Made by a program: the position numbers and the translations under genes. A DNA stretch of 54,592 bases, counting the filler, from Streblomastix strix (taxonomy: Eukaryota), in the NCBI GenBank assembly GCA_008636045.1. It is 2 parts of 2 records of this genome, joined end to end, with 100 filler letters (N's around TTAATTAATTAA, not from the genome) between each part and the next. Parts side by side here need not be neighbours in the genome. Positions count along the whole stretch, not along the records: positions 27,380 to 54,592 come from SNRW01000148.1; 1 more part is not named here. The stretch is one strand, 5' to 3'. Shown here in pieces: positions 35,596 to 50,500 of the stretch. Position 1 is the stretch's first letter. The number at the start of each line of letters is the position of its first letter. The notes under the pieces are model-generated. The model did no database searches. It was given only the letters and a program-made list of their open reading frames with translations, and was not told the DNA's origin.

Positions 35596-38500
35596 TCATA
35601 ATGAAGAATTAGTGTTTTTCAATATATGTATATCAAAGCGTTTTTGCATAGATAGAACATCATAATCAAAAAATAAGAAGCAGCCACTTCTCACAAACTA
35701 ACTAAATCCTTCATCAAGAACTACAACTTCTAGTTCAGATGATTCTTTCATCGAAGAAGAGAAAATATCGGTGTATTATAGATATTTCATTTGGGATGAT
35801 TGAGTTAATTGATCATGTATGTTAATATTCAATACATCATTATCATCTTCTTAATTCGTAATTTGTGTTTTTTATGAAGAATAGGGTAAATTTGATCTTA
35901 TTTTTGATTCTTCATCTTAACTTTATAATTATTCTTTGGATTTATTTAATTGAGAGGATTTCTTACTATTGAGATTATTATTTGATTAAAAAAATTCGAA
36001 TTCAGGGAGTAACTTTGATTTAATCATCTTGGTTTCTTCATAAGTGTTTTTATTCACTTATAAATTATCTATTTAACTAACATTTTATAAGTCTTATTTG
36101 TAGCTTTAATGATACATTGTATGAAATATATCATAAGGAGGATATTAAGGATTAAATTCATCAATAATGTTTATTTCATTTTTATTTGTATGTATATCTG
36201 ATTAATATAACAGTGAAATTCGAATTATAGGAAACTAAGTTGCGGTTGATAGGAGATGATTTATTGACGAGTCAATAAAGCAACAATTTACAAAATCCCA
36301 TGCGAACCCATTCATGTGAATTCCAGACACTAAAATTGTGTTATTATAGAAATTATTTGGTGGTAAAGGTAGATCAGGATCATACGGAAGAAAATTTATC
36401 CCAATCAATGCGTCTTCAAGATATTTAATTGGCTATCTCAATAATTTATTTACTTTGTTATTTTAATCAATGCTAAGGAAATGCTTGATTTTGTGAGAAA
36501 GAAGAAATGAAAAGTTTTTCTCTTACATCTCAACAAAATGCATATGAGCTTGGATTTTGAAAGAATATATAACCGATGCTGGTGAAAGAAAGAGGGAGAG
36601 AGGAATAATATGTGAGTTTTAAGCATCTGGATTCATAATCCAATATTAAAAATATTCTTCTTTCATACGAATAAATGTTGAAAAGTCATTTATGCTCATA
36701 TTTAAATGCTTTGGAACTGGTAATGAAGAAATAAATTATTTATTTATTACTCCTTTTCTATCCATATAAAATGGTGATAATTAAGGAGTATATATAGTTT
36801 GAAAGTCATGATTGTAAAGAAACATAATTTGAACTATAGATTATGTGAAAATCTATGTTGATATTATAAAAACATTATGATATTTGATTTCTTCTAACAT
36901 AAGTATGTCCAATAATTGTTATTTTGATTCGATAATATGATCATGTAATTGTTTTATTAACTTTTCAGGAATTCCAAGTGAAATTTATTTAATCAGTTAA
37001 ACAGCATTTATGATAAAATTTTCTTTAAGATTTTTAGTTACTTAAGAAGGTCGAGCTTATTATTCTTATGCTATTTCTTGAGAAAGACGTTGAAGTTATT
37101 ATTCTAAAATTGATTTTGCAAGATTTGTAGATGATTCTTCTTATGTTTGAGACAAAATAGATAATGAATAAGATTATTAAGGTTGGTGTATAATACTTTC
37201 CATTCCAGAACATTTCTCGTATTTAGTCCAAAATCCGCAATTATCTTATTTTCTTACTTAACGGATTACAAGACTTATATCATTTAATAACCGATTAGAA
37301 TTTTCCAGTTCTGCTATTTAATTAATTGAGTTTTTCAATCCCAACAGATTACAAGGATTTATAAACTTGGGGAAGTGCAAATGAATGTAATTTATTATTT
37401 GTTATCTAGGAAATAATTTACCTTTCATAAATTATGGAAGTAAAAAAGATGCTTCTTCATTATTGGATATTTCTAAGTTCAATATATTAGTGTTTAAAAA
37501 ATCAAAATTAGTTGAAAATGATTGAGTGATAAAATATATTTTGAATAGATTTATGATTATTTCCACTTCTCGCTCATTAAAAACTGCAGCACGAGCAAGC
37601 TAGTGAATAATTGTTGTTCTTAAGGAGAGTAACCATGGCAGATTCAAAAAAGCAACATTATCTCTATTCAATAAATCAAACTATTCACTTTCTTAACTAG
37701 AAGTTTAAATGGAAGATTCAGAAGTGAGATTTGTTTTTTGAATAGATCTATTTTGAATTGTTTAATTAAGAATAGATGAAAATGCAGATTATTATGATTG
37801 ATTGAAGAATTAAAAATCACAATGGATGTTGTTTTATTTCTTAAAGGAAGGATTTTTCTTAGTAGAATTTATAATTTTTGGTATGATGAGGTTCTGGTGG
37901 GAAATAGCTATAAGTAAACTATCAAGAATAGATATAAATAAAGATTGTGAATATGTTTTTGGAGAAATTGTAGTAGATAATTTAGGATTTTCTATATTTG
38001 ATGCACAACATATTGGACCAGCAAGTGCTGTGTTAAACAATAGCAGTTATATAGATCGAAGTCGTAGTATACTAAAAATAAAACATAAAGCAAAGAGAAT
38101 TCTGCCCCATAAATCTGAAAGTTATTGAGATTCAAATGCTTATCTATGTTATTGACCTCTTTAATCAAAACAAACACTTTCCATATTTTGAGGAACCCAA
38201 GATATTGTACGAACAAGAACTGAAGAAAATTATAAATCAATATCATCCATTTGTGGATCAATTGTTTAAGAAATTGCATGATAAAATGATTTTGCCATTG
38301 CTTGATTTGTTCGTGCTATAAGAATAAAGTGCGTTGATGGAAAATCTTTTAATGGATAAATATAATCTATTTTCATTGTTTTTGAAATGAATGATGTATC
38401 AGTCATCAATGAAGCATTGTTTATTTATTCTGATGATTTTAAATATTAATTGTTATGAGTCATTTACCAAGCCTAAAGTTTTTTCCTAATCTTTACTGCA

Positions 38501-41500
38501 GCACTATCATATTTTTCATTATTTTCATCCATATATATTTATGAATTATCTACGACAGTGGGAAAATGATCTCTATACACTGGAAACGTTTTTAAAGAAT
38601 ATATATAATGCATCCACAAGTTAATTTATATTAAAGACATATTATTGTGGATATGATTAGTTTGTTTCTTTTGGTGATGTTATTAAATCTGTTGAATTTA
38701 TTCTTCAGATTATTAATTATTTTTTTAAATTTAATCATTTTCATGTTTATAATTTTCTTATTATTCATTGGTTTATAATTTCTGTTGTAAGTTATGTGAT
38801 GTAAATTGTAATGCTTTTCTTATATTTATTTTATTTTCAGAATTTTAATTAATAATTTCCATTTTTCTATTTCCATTTTTTTCTTTAACTTTTCCTTTCT
38901 TAAATATATTATAATATCTTTTTTAATTCATTGAAACTGATGGATGAATAAGACTGAGAGGCATAGTTCTGTATAAGCGAAAATATTTTGAGGATATAAT
39001 ATTCATAATGAATTTTATAATGACTTAAAATGACGGTTAATCGATCCAGAGGTTCTTATAACTGTTTGATAGGTTTGAAATAGATAAATTGTGGAAGAAA
39101 ATAGATATTTCTTATAAATCAGACGCATTAACAAGTAATGGGGGGTTTATTTGATACTTTTCATATTATTTCTTTTCAATCTATGGGTTTTAAATGTGAT
39201 TATATTTTGAAATGGATAGATTTGGTTTGCAAAATAGTTCCTTTTGTTAGTTTTATTCAAAAATTCTTTTCATTTTGATCTCAGAAGATTAATTATTTGA
39301 AACTATTGAATCTGGTGATGATGATTATTACTTGAAATCAATACATTATCTATAATCTGAATTAGAAAAGGATTATTGAAATTGGTTAGCAATTTTAATC
39401 ATTGAAAATGTTGCAGCTTCAGACATGGATACATCACCAAAAGTACCACTTGCATAACTAAATCCGAAATTTTGCAATAATTTGAGGAGTTGAATTGGTT
39501 TATGTGATTTTGAAGGTGTTTATGGAAGATTAAGGAATAAATATTGAGACATTTGAAAGTCATTTGGTTGCTTTGCAGAATGAAACGGAGTAAATAATAA
39601 TCCTTGTTCTAAAATATCTTCAGAATGATCATTTGCATTTTCATCTTATAATATATGAATGTATGGATTATTATTGAACAACTCTGTAGGTGAGAAAAGA
39701 ATAACAGGAAAATCTGGAGACGATGTTTGAATAATGCGTGAAAGTCTAATCTCTAGTGGAGTGTATATTGGAAATAAGGATCCTAGAGTGAGCTCAATAA
39801 AATGTTAAATTGACTAAATTGTTCTATATGGAAATAACTGTCTAATAACAATAACTTATTTAAAAGGTGATATTTGTAAATTCAGTTCATTTGGAATGGG
39901 TAAATAATAATTAAAAAGTTTCTTTAAAAATGATATCCAATTGTTCATATCTTGCTTGAATGACTCTAATAAATTAATATTATCACTTAAATTCATTTCA
40001 TTGTTTTGTGAAAATGTATTTTGGTTGTCTTTTATTTCATTTATATTTTCTTAAATGGTTTAACTTACGATAGTTTATGGTTTTTAAAGTTTCATTTATC
40101 TGAAAAATAATTGATTATCAATAAATTACAATGTTCTTGATATATTTTATAAAGGATATTCTGATGATCCTATTACAATTAGACTTGGCTAATCTTTTTG
40201 TGAATTTGATAAAATGTTTGTTTAATTAGGTAGTTTATCAGAAGATGAATCATATTCCTGAATATTTTGTGAATTCTAAAATAATTTTTCATGATTTTAA
40301 TATATATTCTGCTTTTTATAATTTTAATTTAATTGATCATTTTAGCCCATTTTTGCTTAATTAAAATCTTATAAACAGTCAATTTCATCTAATATTAGAG
40401 CAATTTTTGTTTTGCATATATGAAATATATAAGAATTTACTTCCATTAATAAATTTGATGTAGGGAAATAAATGTCATCTTGCATAAGAATTTCTATTGC
40501 TGGTTAAGTATCACTCCACAATACAAATTTCCTTTTCCCAAGTTCATTTTCAGATGCACGTTATATAACAATTTCACATTCTTTAACTTACTTATCCTTA
40601 TTTATATTTTATTATAAATTTGAATTATTTTTAAATTTTGAATTAGATGTTTTTAAATTAGATGATGCGTTTAAATCTATCTATTAAAGTTCAAAACGCT
40701 GCATCATATTAAAAGCAACAAAAAACAAAAAAATTTGTCGAGTATTCCTTAAAGGTTCAATATCAATCGAATCGATTGGTGAACAAAGAATTGCATTTGT
40801 CACACGATCTATGAATGTATGTGAAATAGATGCAAGGAGTTATTTCAGTTATTAATTTGGTATTTATTGGAATAATAAAGGTATTGAATCAAGTTTTATA
40901 TTGAAATCAAATATACTTTTGGTTAAAATTTCATTATTCACTTCAAATTAATCCTCTTCTGAATCAATTTCATATTCATCTGTGATATTTTTCTCGTATT
41001 CTTCCATTTCATTCTTAATTGCACAGGTATTTTTAAAGGAATATTATTACTATAAATTCAATTAGCTTGCATGTGAGTTATTGGATAATTTATTAAATCT
41101 CAATTTATGTTTTATTATCTTTCTTTTACTATCATTAAAATTAAATTTTGTTTTTAATGTGTATTAAATAGAAAAATAGAGATATGTGAAGATCATTCTG
41201 GCAGAAGGAAGAGCTGAATATGTTATTTATGATTCAAATATATTCGATATCAACAATGAAGGAAATAATTTTAGAATATCTTAACTTTAAATGCACTATA
41301 ATACTGAATATACATCAATAACTGTACAAGAAAGTGGTGAGAGCATTTCTATATCAGTTTCAACCGTATATAATTCAATCAAATTACTTTTAATAATATT
41401 ACCCTAATCCTAATGAATATTAATCAATGATTGGCATTATTCGAAAAATTTTAAAGATATTTGCTTTCTCATCTCAAATAAATATTACAAAAAATCTTCA

Positions 41501-44500
41501 ATGTGCTTATCTATTTATAATTTTGATTTTAAAATGTTTTGAAGTAAATCTTAACGTTTTGAAAGTAACCCAGGTAGAATCCCTGGTGCTAAAATTGAAT
41601 ATGTTATCTATTATCTAAACGCATTTGTTTGACCAAATGGAGTCCAATTAATGATTAATGACTGTTTATATAAATATGTGTCTATTATTGACTGATTGGT
41701 ATGTGGAATCAATGTAAGACTATCCCTAATGAAGAAAATAAGACGAAATCCTGGTTTTATTTCAATTTTTTATCCAAATACTAAAATATTTTGTAGTGGA
41801 CAATGTAATTGTAGTTCAACCATAGTGTCAATAAAATTGAAAATATTTTCTTGTTAAAATCCATCAAATTAATTGTGCATATCATCTAATTCCAATAGAA
41901 GTGGGAAACCAGAAAGCATAGCATCAAAAGAAGAAAGAATAAAATTGTTTGAAANNNNNNNNNNNNNNNNNNNNNNNNNNNNNNNNNNNNNNNNNNNNNN
42001 NNNNNNNNNNNNNNNNNNNNNNNNNNNNNNNNNNNNNNNNNNNNNNNNNNNNNNTCAATAAAATTGAAAATATTTTCTTGTTAAAATCCATCAAATTAAT
42101 TGTGCATATCATCTAATTCCAATAGAAGTGGGAAACCAGAAAGCATAGCATCAAAAGAAGAAAGAATAAAATTGTTTGAAATAATTGAAGAAACGACAAC
42201 AGGGCCTTAAAGTCGTAACCTATTTAGCACCCAGTGCATAGCAGTTCCAAGTGGATCAATGAATATCAATGGTTTATCAGAATGGATCATTGATATAGCA
42301 CTGCTTATTAATAGTGATTGTTCGTCTGGAGGCAAACCTTCGTGTAACTGTTACATTAATTATTATGGTCCGTGAAAAATCATCCAAATTGGCCGAAATA
42401 AAGGTCTGATTAATGTTGCATAATTTAAAGTTGAGTTATCTGCATGTGAAACGCTTCCATCATCTCCTACATCCAAGGCTCCATTATCAAAATCAATATT
42501 TTGTTTATTCGAAATTTAATTCTCATAATCAATCTATAACTAAGCAAATAGATCTTCATTTGCTTTTAAACTGGTATCTTTTGCCTAAGTCAGTGTTTTT
42601 TTGATTAGGTTAAAATTGTTTAATGAGCATAATTCTAATTATGAATTTCTTTCAACTTATGAATTTTTACTATCAATTTCATTTGAAGATGAATATGTAA
42701 CACCAATTAAATCTAGAATACATCGCCATCTCCGCATTGCTAGCTCCAATTCTTCAATTGGTAAAAGTCCATTGAAAATTAAATATGCTGCTGATAAAAC
42801 TGAATCTCCACGGCAATCCAATATATTTCGATTTAAAGCTAATAATTCTTATCTCCATTCAAAGATAAGGTGTGTAATAAAGGCTTGTGGATATAAAACA
42901 TCTTTTGTTATCATTATTTCCTAAACACTATTTTTATTCCATTCCTCTGTATTTGTTTCTTCATATTCATCTTCATTAGAGCTATTTTCATTTTCAATAT
43001 TTTTGTTGTCAGAAGAATTGTTTTCATGAGAATAATTCTACTTTGAAGGAAAATCATTCAAATTATTTTTCTTATCATTTTTTATTTATTCTTTTACTTT
43101 TTTATCAGAGAAGTTGATATCAGAAAAGTAAGGCATATAATTGAATATGATATTGTTTATTCGGTCAAGAAGATCTTCCAATTATTTATAAGTTTCTTTT
43201 ACTTTTTATAACTATTATGATAAGAATATTTATGCTTCTTTTTCTTTACGAATTGTTTCATAATATGATAAAACTCATTCAGATATATATGATCGCATTT
43301 TGTGTAGTTAAACAATTGAAATTATAAAATGATATATATTTGATAATGAATGACTTGTTCGTTCAATTTATTCTTCTATAAAGTCAGGCATATTAAAATA
43401 AGGTTCAATAAGTTCTATTTACTCTTCTGAAAGTGTATTTTCATTAAATTCTATCAAATTCTTGACGAAATTCAAATTTTGAAAAAGCCTATATGATTCA
43501 GTGAAAGAACTTTTTAACACAAATTATGGAAAGTTTTTCTAAACTTGATATATAGCTTGCGATTAAGTATTAGCTTTGTTTATAAATAAATTTGAAGATC
43601 ATGAAAATTTTTCAGTTTAGGTATGATTTGTAGATATGTCTTATATATTATCATGCCTTTTCATTTTAGTCAATGAAATAGACCAAGAACTTGTTACCAT
43701 TTCAACTGGTTAAAGTGGTTTGCGCAATAGAATCAATAGTATATCAAACATCCGCTTAATCAAACTATTAGGATGGGGCAATTTCCTTAGAAAGGACAAG
43801 TCTTATGGTTATATATTTCGCATTTCAGAATTTAAATAATTCATTTTTGAATTTTCCATTAATTCATTCCAAAGATTTTCCATAACTTGTAGGGTATCTG
43901 CAGTTTATTTTCTTATTATATTAAATTAATGATAAGCTTTTTAAAAATCATGAATATTTTGATTTAGTATCTCTGTTTTTTTTCTGATTTCAGCTACAAG
44001 ATTTTGAAAATTCTATTGTTCTCCTCCTTTTTCATATAGAATGTTAACTAATTAACGAACAAATACTTATTTTGTCACAACAGCTACATGAACTTAGACA
44101 AGTTTCTAAAGTAAAACGCGAAGTAATATCTATCGCCTCTACAATCCAACCATACGACTACTATAAATGTCTAGTACTGCTTCAACGAAGTTTTCAAAGT
44201 GGAATAAATGCAAGTAAAGAGCAATATGCATCTATTTTTTCATTTGCATTTATTTAAAATAGTATTAATAAGTCTCTTGAATTTATGCAAATATTCCAAC
44301 AAGGCCCCCAATAAATAAATCAACATCTGCTTTTCTTAGTAACCACTCTATCTATAATTTTGGGTGTAAATTTTAGATTCCCAGTGCATATCTCTCAGGA
44401 AATAGTGTTAGACGAGTTGGCAATCTCCCTAATCTTTATGGATCAGCATGTTTGTATATTCTTATATTTTCAATAGTTTCTTTTTTATCTTTTCGTTTTA

Positions 44501-47500
44501 TATCTTAATTATGGAATGGAATTAATAAATTTGTTAAAGTTTAGCTTCTTTAATTTTTCAACTTTCTTTAGCTATTTTAATTTTTGGTTAATTTTTTAAT
44601 CGATGAGTTATCATTAGTAATGCAATTTTAAATATTTTCTGTAATGTCTGGAACTGAATTTGCTATTTTGAAGATATTCATCAAAGTTTGCCCACAAGTA
44701 GGTTTTTTATTTTCTATATTTTCTGATTATTACATAACACTAGACACAGAAGCACAAGCAGCAAGAACAGAAGCTATAGCTTGACAAGAATTTAAATCAG
44801 ACATTTTTTATATTTCCGATTCAGTATTATCCTCTTTGTAATACATACCCAAAATACCTTGACGAAGACGAGTTTCAAGCAATGAATTGTAGTTATGTTT
44901 TTCATTTTGGATTGAATAATGTTCTTCAGCTTAAAAAGGATTAATTGGTTAAGCTTTAATTTCATTTTCTTTTAATTTGATATTATAATCAACAATTTTT
45001 ATATTAATGTTGTTTATTGATAACAAATTCGATCCAAAAGCCAATTATACCATATTTTAAGTATTATTTGTTGAAGGTTATTTTAGATTGTTGATTTTCT
45101 CTTCTTAAGTTCTCTTTCTTGTTTATTAAAAATTCTTATTATTTATTGTGCTAATATCTTTTCTTTAATTTATTTTTACAATTTTATTTGTTTGTTATTA
45201 ATTTTCTTTATTGAATAATTCATGTTATTAACTTTTATTATTGATTAAAATACAAATATCTTTCGGCTTAACTTTTATATTCTTAAATTAATTTTTATTG
45301 ATTATTTTTTTCTTTATTTTAATAACTTTATTGATAATTTGATTTAGATTAGGAAGAATAGGATAAATTCTAATAAATGGGGGAGGATGTGCAATTCTAA
45401 TTTTATCATAATATGAATCTTAATTAGTATTATTTTTATTGTTTTATAAATCATTAGATATTTATTAAATGGGAAATTTTGACATTTTAATTAGACTATT
45501 TTTTTATATTGTTGGATTAACTTTCTAAAATGTAGTAGTTGATGGAATTTTATTCATCAAAACTTTTGATTTATTCCCAAATGTACTTTCGCTATTATGA
45601 GATATTTAAGGGTTAATTTGTTCTCTACGTTTCCTCCTTTATGACGCCTTTTAATCGCGTTCTGCTTCAAACATCTGTTCAATAGTCAAAGGAAGGATTT
45701 TTTCTCTTGCAATATTTACCAATGTGACTAAAGGTACTTGATCTATCATTTCAAATTAAAAGAATCGTGAAATCCATGGAAACCATGAGATTCCAGGAAT
45801 TGTAGCTTCAACTATATATTTTCCATTCTAATAATAAGAAAAATCTTTACCAATTATACTTGCATTTATTAATGCTTATTATAATAGCTTTTGATGATCG
45901 TTCTATTTTAAAATCTATTCATCTTATCTCTACAATAACAATGCTATATTTTCAATATTTATATTAATATTATTATCATTTATATTAAGATCTGTTATGT
46001 TTTTGCATTTTAATAAAATATTATTCAGAAAATTTTTTTCTTTCATATCAAACTCACTTATACCATTAAATATATTTTCAAGCTAATTTCGTCGTTGTTT
46101 CAATGCTTTTACAAAAAGTTCAGCATGAGTTATTTCTTGTGTTCTTGCTGAAGATAAATAAATATCTGCAAAAAATAAAAAACGAATATTTTCTTCCAAT
46201 CTTTTTGAAATCCATCGCATATTTGTTGCATCAACAAAACCTAATCCGCGTGCCTCAGATAAAATAATACTAATTTCCTAATCTGAAAATACCCTAAAAA
46301 ATATTTTTATAGATTAAAAGTGTAAATAATCATATAAATATGAAAAATTATATAGAAAGTTAAAGCAAACATTATTGGTGATGAATCTGAAGTTAGAATT
46401 GAGAAAATGATATTACTTACATCCATTTCACTTAATTCTTTCTTCGAATCCCAAGATCTTGAACTTATTATTATGTTTTATTCTTATAATACTTATTAAT
46501 CACCAAATGTATCATAATTATTTACAACTTTTCAACTTGGCAATTTAATACTATTTATTTTTGGTAAATTAATATTATTTTGATGAGTGAATGAGGAAAT
46601 TGATTCAGAAAATTTAACATCTAAATCTTATTCATATTTTGGAATACCAGATTGAAATGATAGATTTAAAACATCTTACATAATTAATGCAACTATACTT
46701 TTTGATTTTGCAAATATAGTTTTCAAAATGATGATTTTCAATTATTTAATAAATTCTGAATAAGTCTTAGGAATTATCAGGTTAATTAACTAAAATTTGC
46801 AAAGAGCAGCTACTAATTATATGAAGGAGCTATTAAGTGAATGAGGATAAGATATTATACATGTATGTTAATCTTTGAGCTTTTAAGCAACTCTATAAGC
46901 TTGGACACCTAAATAATCTAATATAGTACGTGGAAGCATTTATAAATATTTTGAATGGTGAAGAAGTTTGCCAAGATGACTTTAATCATCCTCAAGAGCA
47001 ACAACAAAGTTATGATAATCTCCAGAGTCAAATTCTTCAAGTCTAATTTCTTCCTCTTTTTCATCTATATTTGTTACAGGAAGCCTCCAAATAAATTCAA
47101 ATAGAGCAGTGAAATTCAATTCTTCAGAGCTATCAAGATATGCAGCAAGATGGCAAGCAATTAGATCAAAAGAAACTTTTTCTCGATTTGTGAGGCGACT
47201 TGCAAAAACATTCCTACAGCATCTTACCCATAATATAGAAATTGATAGTGATTCACTCAGTTCATGTGGATCAAGGATTGCATTCTAACTGAATAACAAG
47301 ATGACTTTCAAACAACTGGAAAAATGAAGAGGTATCTAACCAAGAGTTGTGAAAATAGAAAATAGTTTATGACGAAGAAAGTGACAATAGTGATTTGTTT
47401 AATGTGTAATATTTGGAGTAAAAGAAAGCAGTTTGAAAAATATGTATGTGAGAGATGCTATTCTTCCTAAAGTTGATATACTCCATTTCCGAGCTTATTA

Positions 47501-50500
47501 TTATATTATAAAGCTACTCTAAATGATTGGAATTTGAAGAGATGGATTATTTCTGTATGATTACTCTTAATTATTAATTTCATCGTTATGTTCGTAATTT
47601 TTAAGCCAATTTCTCATTCGCTTTGTAAAATATTATTCTGCAATTAAATATTACTCCATCGGAGTCTTATTCCTAAGAGATAAACACGCAAAATGTCTGG
47701 TCAATCAATGTGGTAATAAACCTAAGAAAGGATTTTGAATTATACAAATAAAATCTAGTCCCTCTTGTTAATCTTAAAGTTTGGGAGGATCATTCATTAT
47801 AATTCGCTGTTTACGTTCAGAATATGCACGCAAGCTCTCTAAGATTTCCAAATTTAGTGGAGGATGAAGATCAAAAACCAATGAACCTTAAATTAATTAT
47901 ATTTTCTTTGTGCTTTTCTATTCTCTTAAATTACAATGTGAATATAATTAGGATTAATTGTGGGAACCACTGTGTGATGATGAGTGTTTTGAATATTAAT
48001 GGCTTGAATTTCTTTCTTTCTGTTATGAGTTATCTATGCTAAATTTTGAAAATTAATTTTAATATGAATTTATTTCTTCTTTATTAATAACTATTTTTGA
48101 TTAATAATCACTATTATTTTCACAATAAGATGAATATTCAGGAGAATCAAATATCATTTGAGAATAAATTCTTTTTTATTTAAGATGAACTTAACGAAGC
48201 AATGGGTTTAATTAATTTGAATAACTTTATATTTCATCAAGCTTAGATTAATTATAATTGATTGAATTCTTTTCAAACTGAACTGGAGAATTTTTTTTGT
48301 AAGAATGAGTTAAATTATTACTAATAAACTTTTATAATTTATTACTATTATGCTATTTTACCTTTATGAATTAATTTGTGAGACCATTATTATAAATTTC
48401 TTAAATATTTTTATGTATACTGTTAAAATAGTCTATTGTTCTCCACATCATTAATTAAGTTGTTGTTGAAAATATTGGAACATTGAAAATAATATTACAT
48501 CTATTGTTATGTTGAAATTTAGTAAATGTTAATGGGGTTGAAATAAGATTTTAAGTAATTCGTTTTGTTAGTTCATAATCTTCATATCCAAGTAATACCG
48601 GTCTTTGTACAGACCTATATAATGCAAGAACTTGATTAAACTGCATAAATTCCACATCGATGTTATTATATCCATCATTCACCTTGCTTTACATAATAAA
48701 ATTTTGCTAATCCATAAAAGTTTATTATTTTGATTTTTATTCATTTATTTCATCTCGGTTATAGTCTTATTTGTTTACCAAAGATAATTATTTCTAATTA
48801 TTTCTATCAACATTTAAAATATATTATTCTTCAATCTTTTCAATATCATTTTATTAGTCTGATTAAGACTATATTTTGGAATTGTTATCAAGTAAATATT
48901 TCATATTGTTATTAACAACTTAATTAATATCATTTTGTTTCGTTGCATTTTCTGAAGAATAATTTGAAAAAGAATGTATTTTTTCAAGATTATAATTTAT
49001 TTATGTTTATTTCTTTTCAGAAACTGCATCTTCTGATGTTTAAATAAATTCATTTATATTTTCCCATTATTGAGACTAAATGTTCACAAAGTAATTGAAA
49101 ATAGTAAGAATTGTTCCTTATTCTGGTTGAATGCCTAGAAAAATTTGTATATTATGAATATCTCGAAGTTCAATTGGAGTTGATTAATTGGGAACATCCA
49201 AGTATTTATGCAGGTTTGGATGATGTGGTATGTTTACAGAGTCAAGCTTACATAAAAATTGTGACAATTCACTTTCAAACGAAACATTTGCAATTGCATG
49301 TCCTCCCATACCCCACATTATAGAATATAAAGCAGTCTTTCTTACAATTGATTAAAAATCCGAAAATTTTTAATTAGCATCGTCATTCTATTATTAATTT
49401 ATTTATACTAATGATGAGTTAATATTTTAGTTTTAATCCACATTTATATCATACTTAATTTCTAATTAAGTAATTTCAATTGTTTGATTATCTTCTTCAG
49501 AGGTTTTGACTTTCCTTTTTTCTTTGTTATGACCAAGAAGAATTGGCTGATGCTTCCGTTCTGAATTTCTAGTGAAAATAGTAACAAGATTATTTATGAA
49601 ATTTGGAATTATATATTTAATTTATGCTAAAAAAAGTGTTAAAACATTGGAGAAGTAAGAATGCCCGATCATTTCAAAATGAATCTGACTTTTGTTTGGA
49701 TTTATATTCCCATTATTAATGTCTACTCCGTGAAAAAATCGATAAATAAAGTATCCAGTTTCACTCATCCAATAGACTAATAATGATGCAATTTTATTTA
49801 TTATTAAATAAATTATTGCACAAACTGCTTCATTCTGAGCAATATCAAATAGATGTGAACACAAGAATTTGAAATTTGCTAAGATAATCTTATATGTTTC
49901 ATTGAAGAGTATTGCAATATCGGAATTAAAAGGATGAATCTCTTGCCTTAATGTATTATAGAAAGGAAAAGAGATAAATTATGAAGATATTCTTACAAAT
50001 CTCAAATTTTCTAAAAGTTAAGAAGGGATGCAATCTAATGAATCCATTTCAAGAATTAAACGACAATTTGAAGGTAGAATGATTCTTTTAAGATTTGGAA
50101 GTACAAGCCCATGAAATAAATTCTTCACAACTCGAGTATCTTTAAGATTTTATTCAATATTCCTTAATTTGATTTAATCAAATCTCTTTTATTATTTCCT
50201 TTTCCATTTCACTTCATTACGAAAGACTTGTTCTATTTATTTTAATCGAAGTTTCTGTTAATATTTTTCATTCTAAAATCTGAATTTAAATGTTTACTTA
50301 TTAAAAACTCTATATTTTAAATTTATCTATTTATTAAATTATTTTGAATTAATAACGTTTTGAGATTAAATTTCTTGATGATTATTTGAATTATTTACTG
50401 GTTCTACTTATAAGCTTAAATTTAAAGTACTAGGGGAAATATGTAGATCAGTCTATAAAGAAATTGCCTTATTATGTAAAGGTTTTTTAGATGTTATATG

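Noticed and set aside
41828..42181. Tandem duplication or frameshift inside dynein
   Set aside because: Identical copies flank an N gap: a scaffolding artefact.
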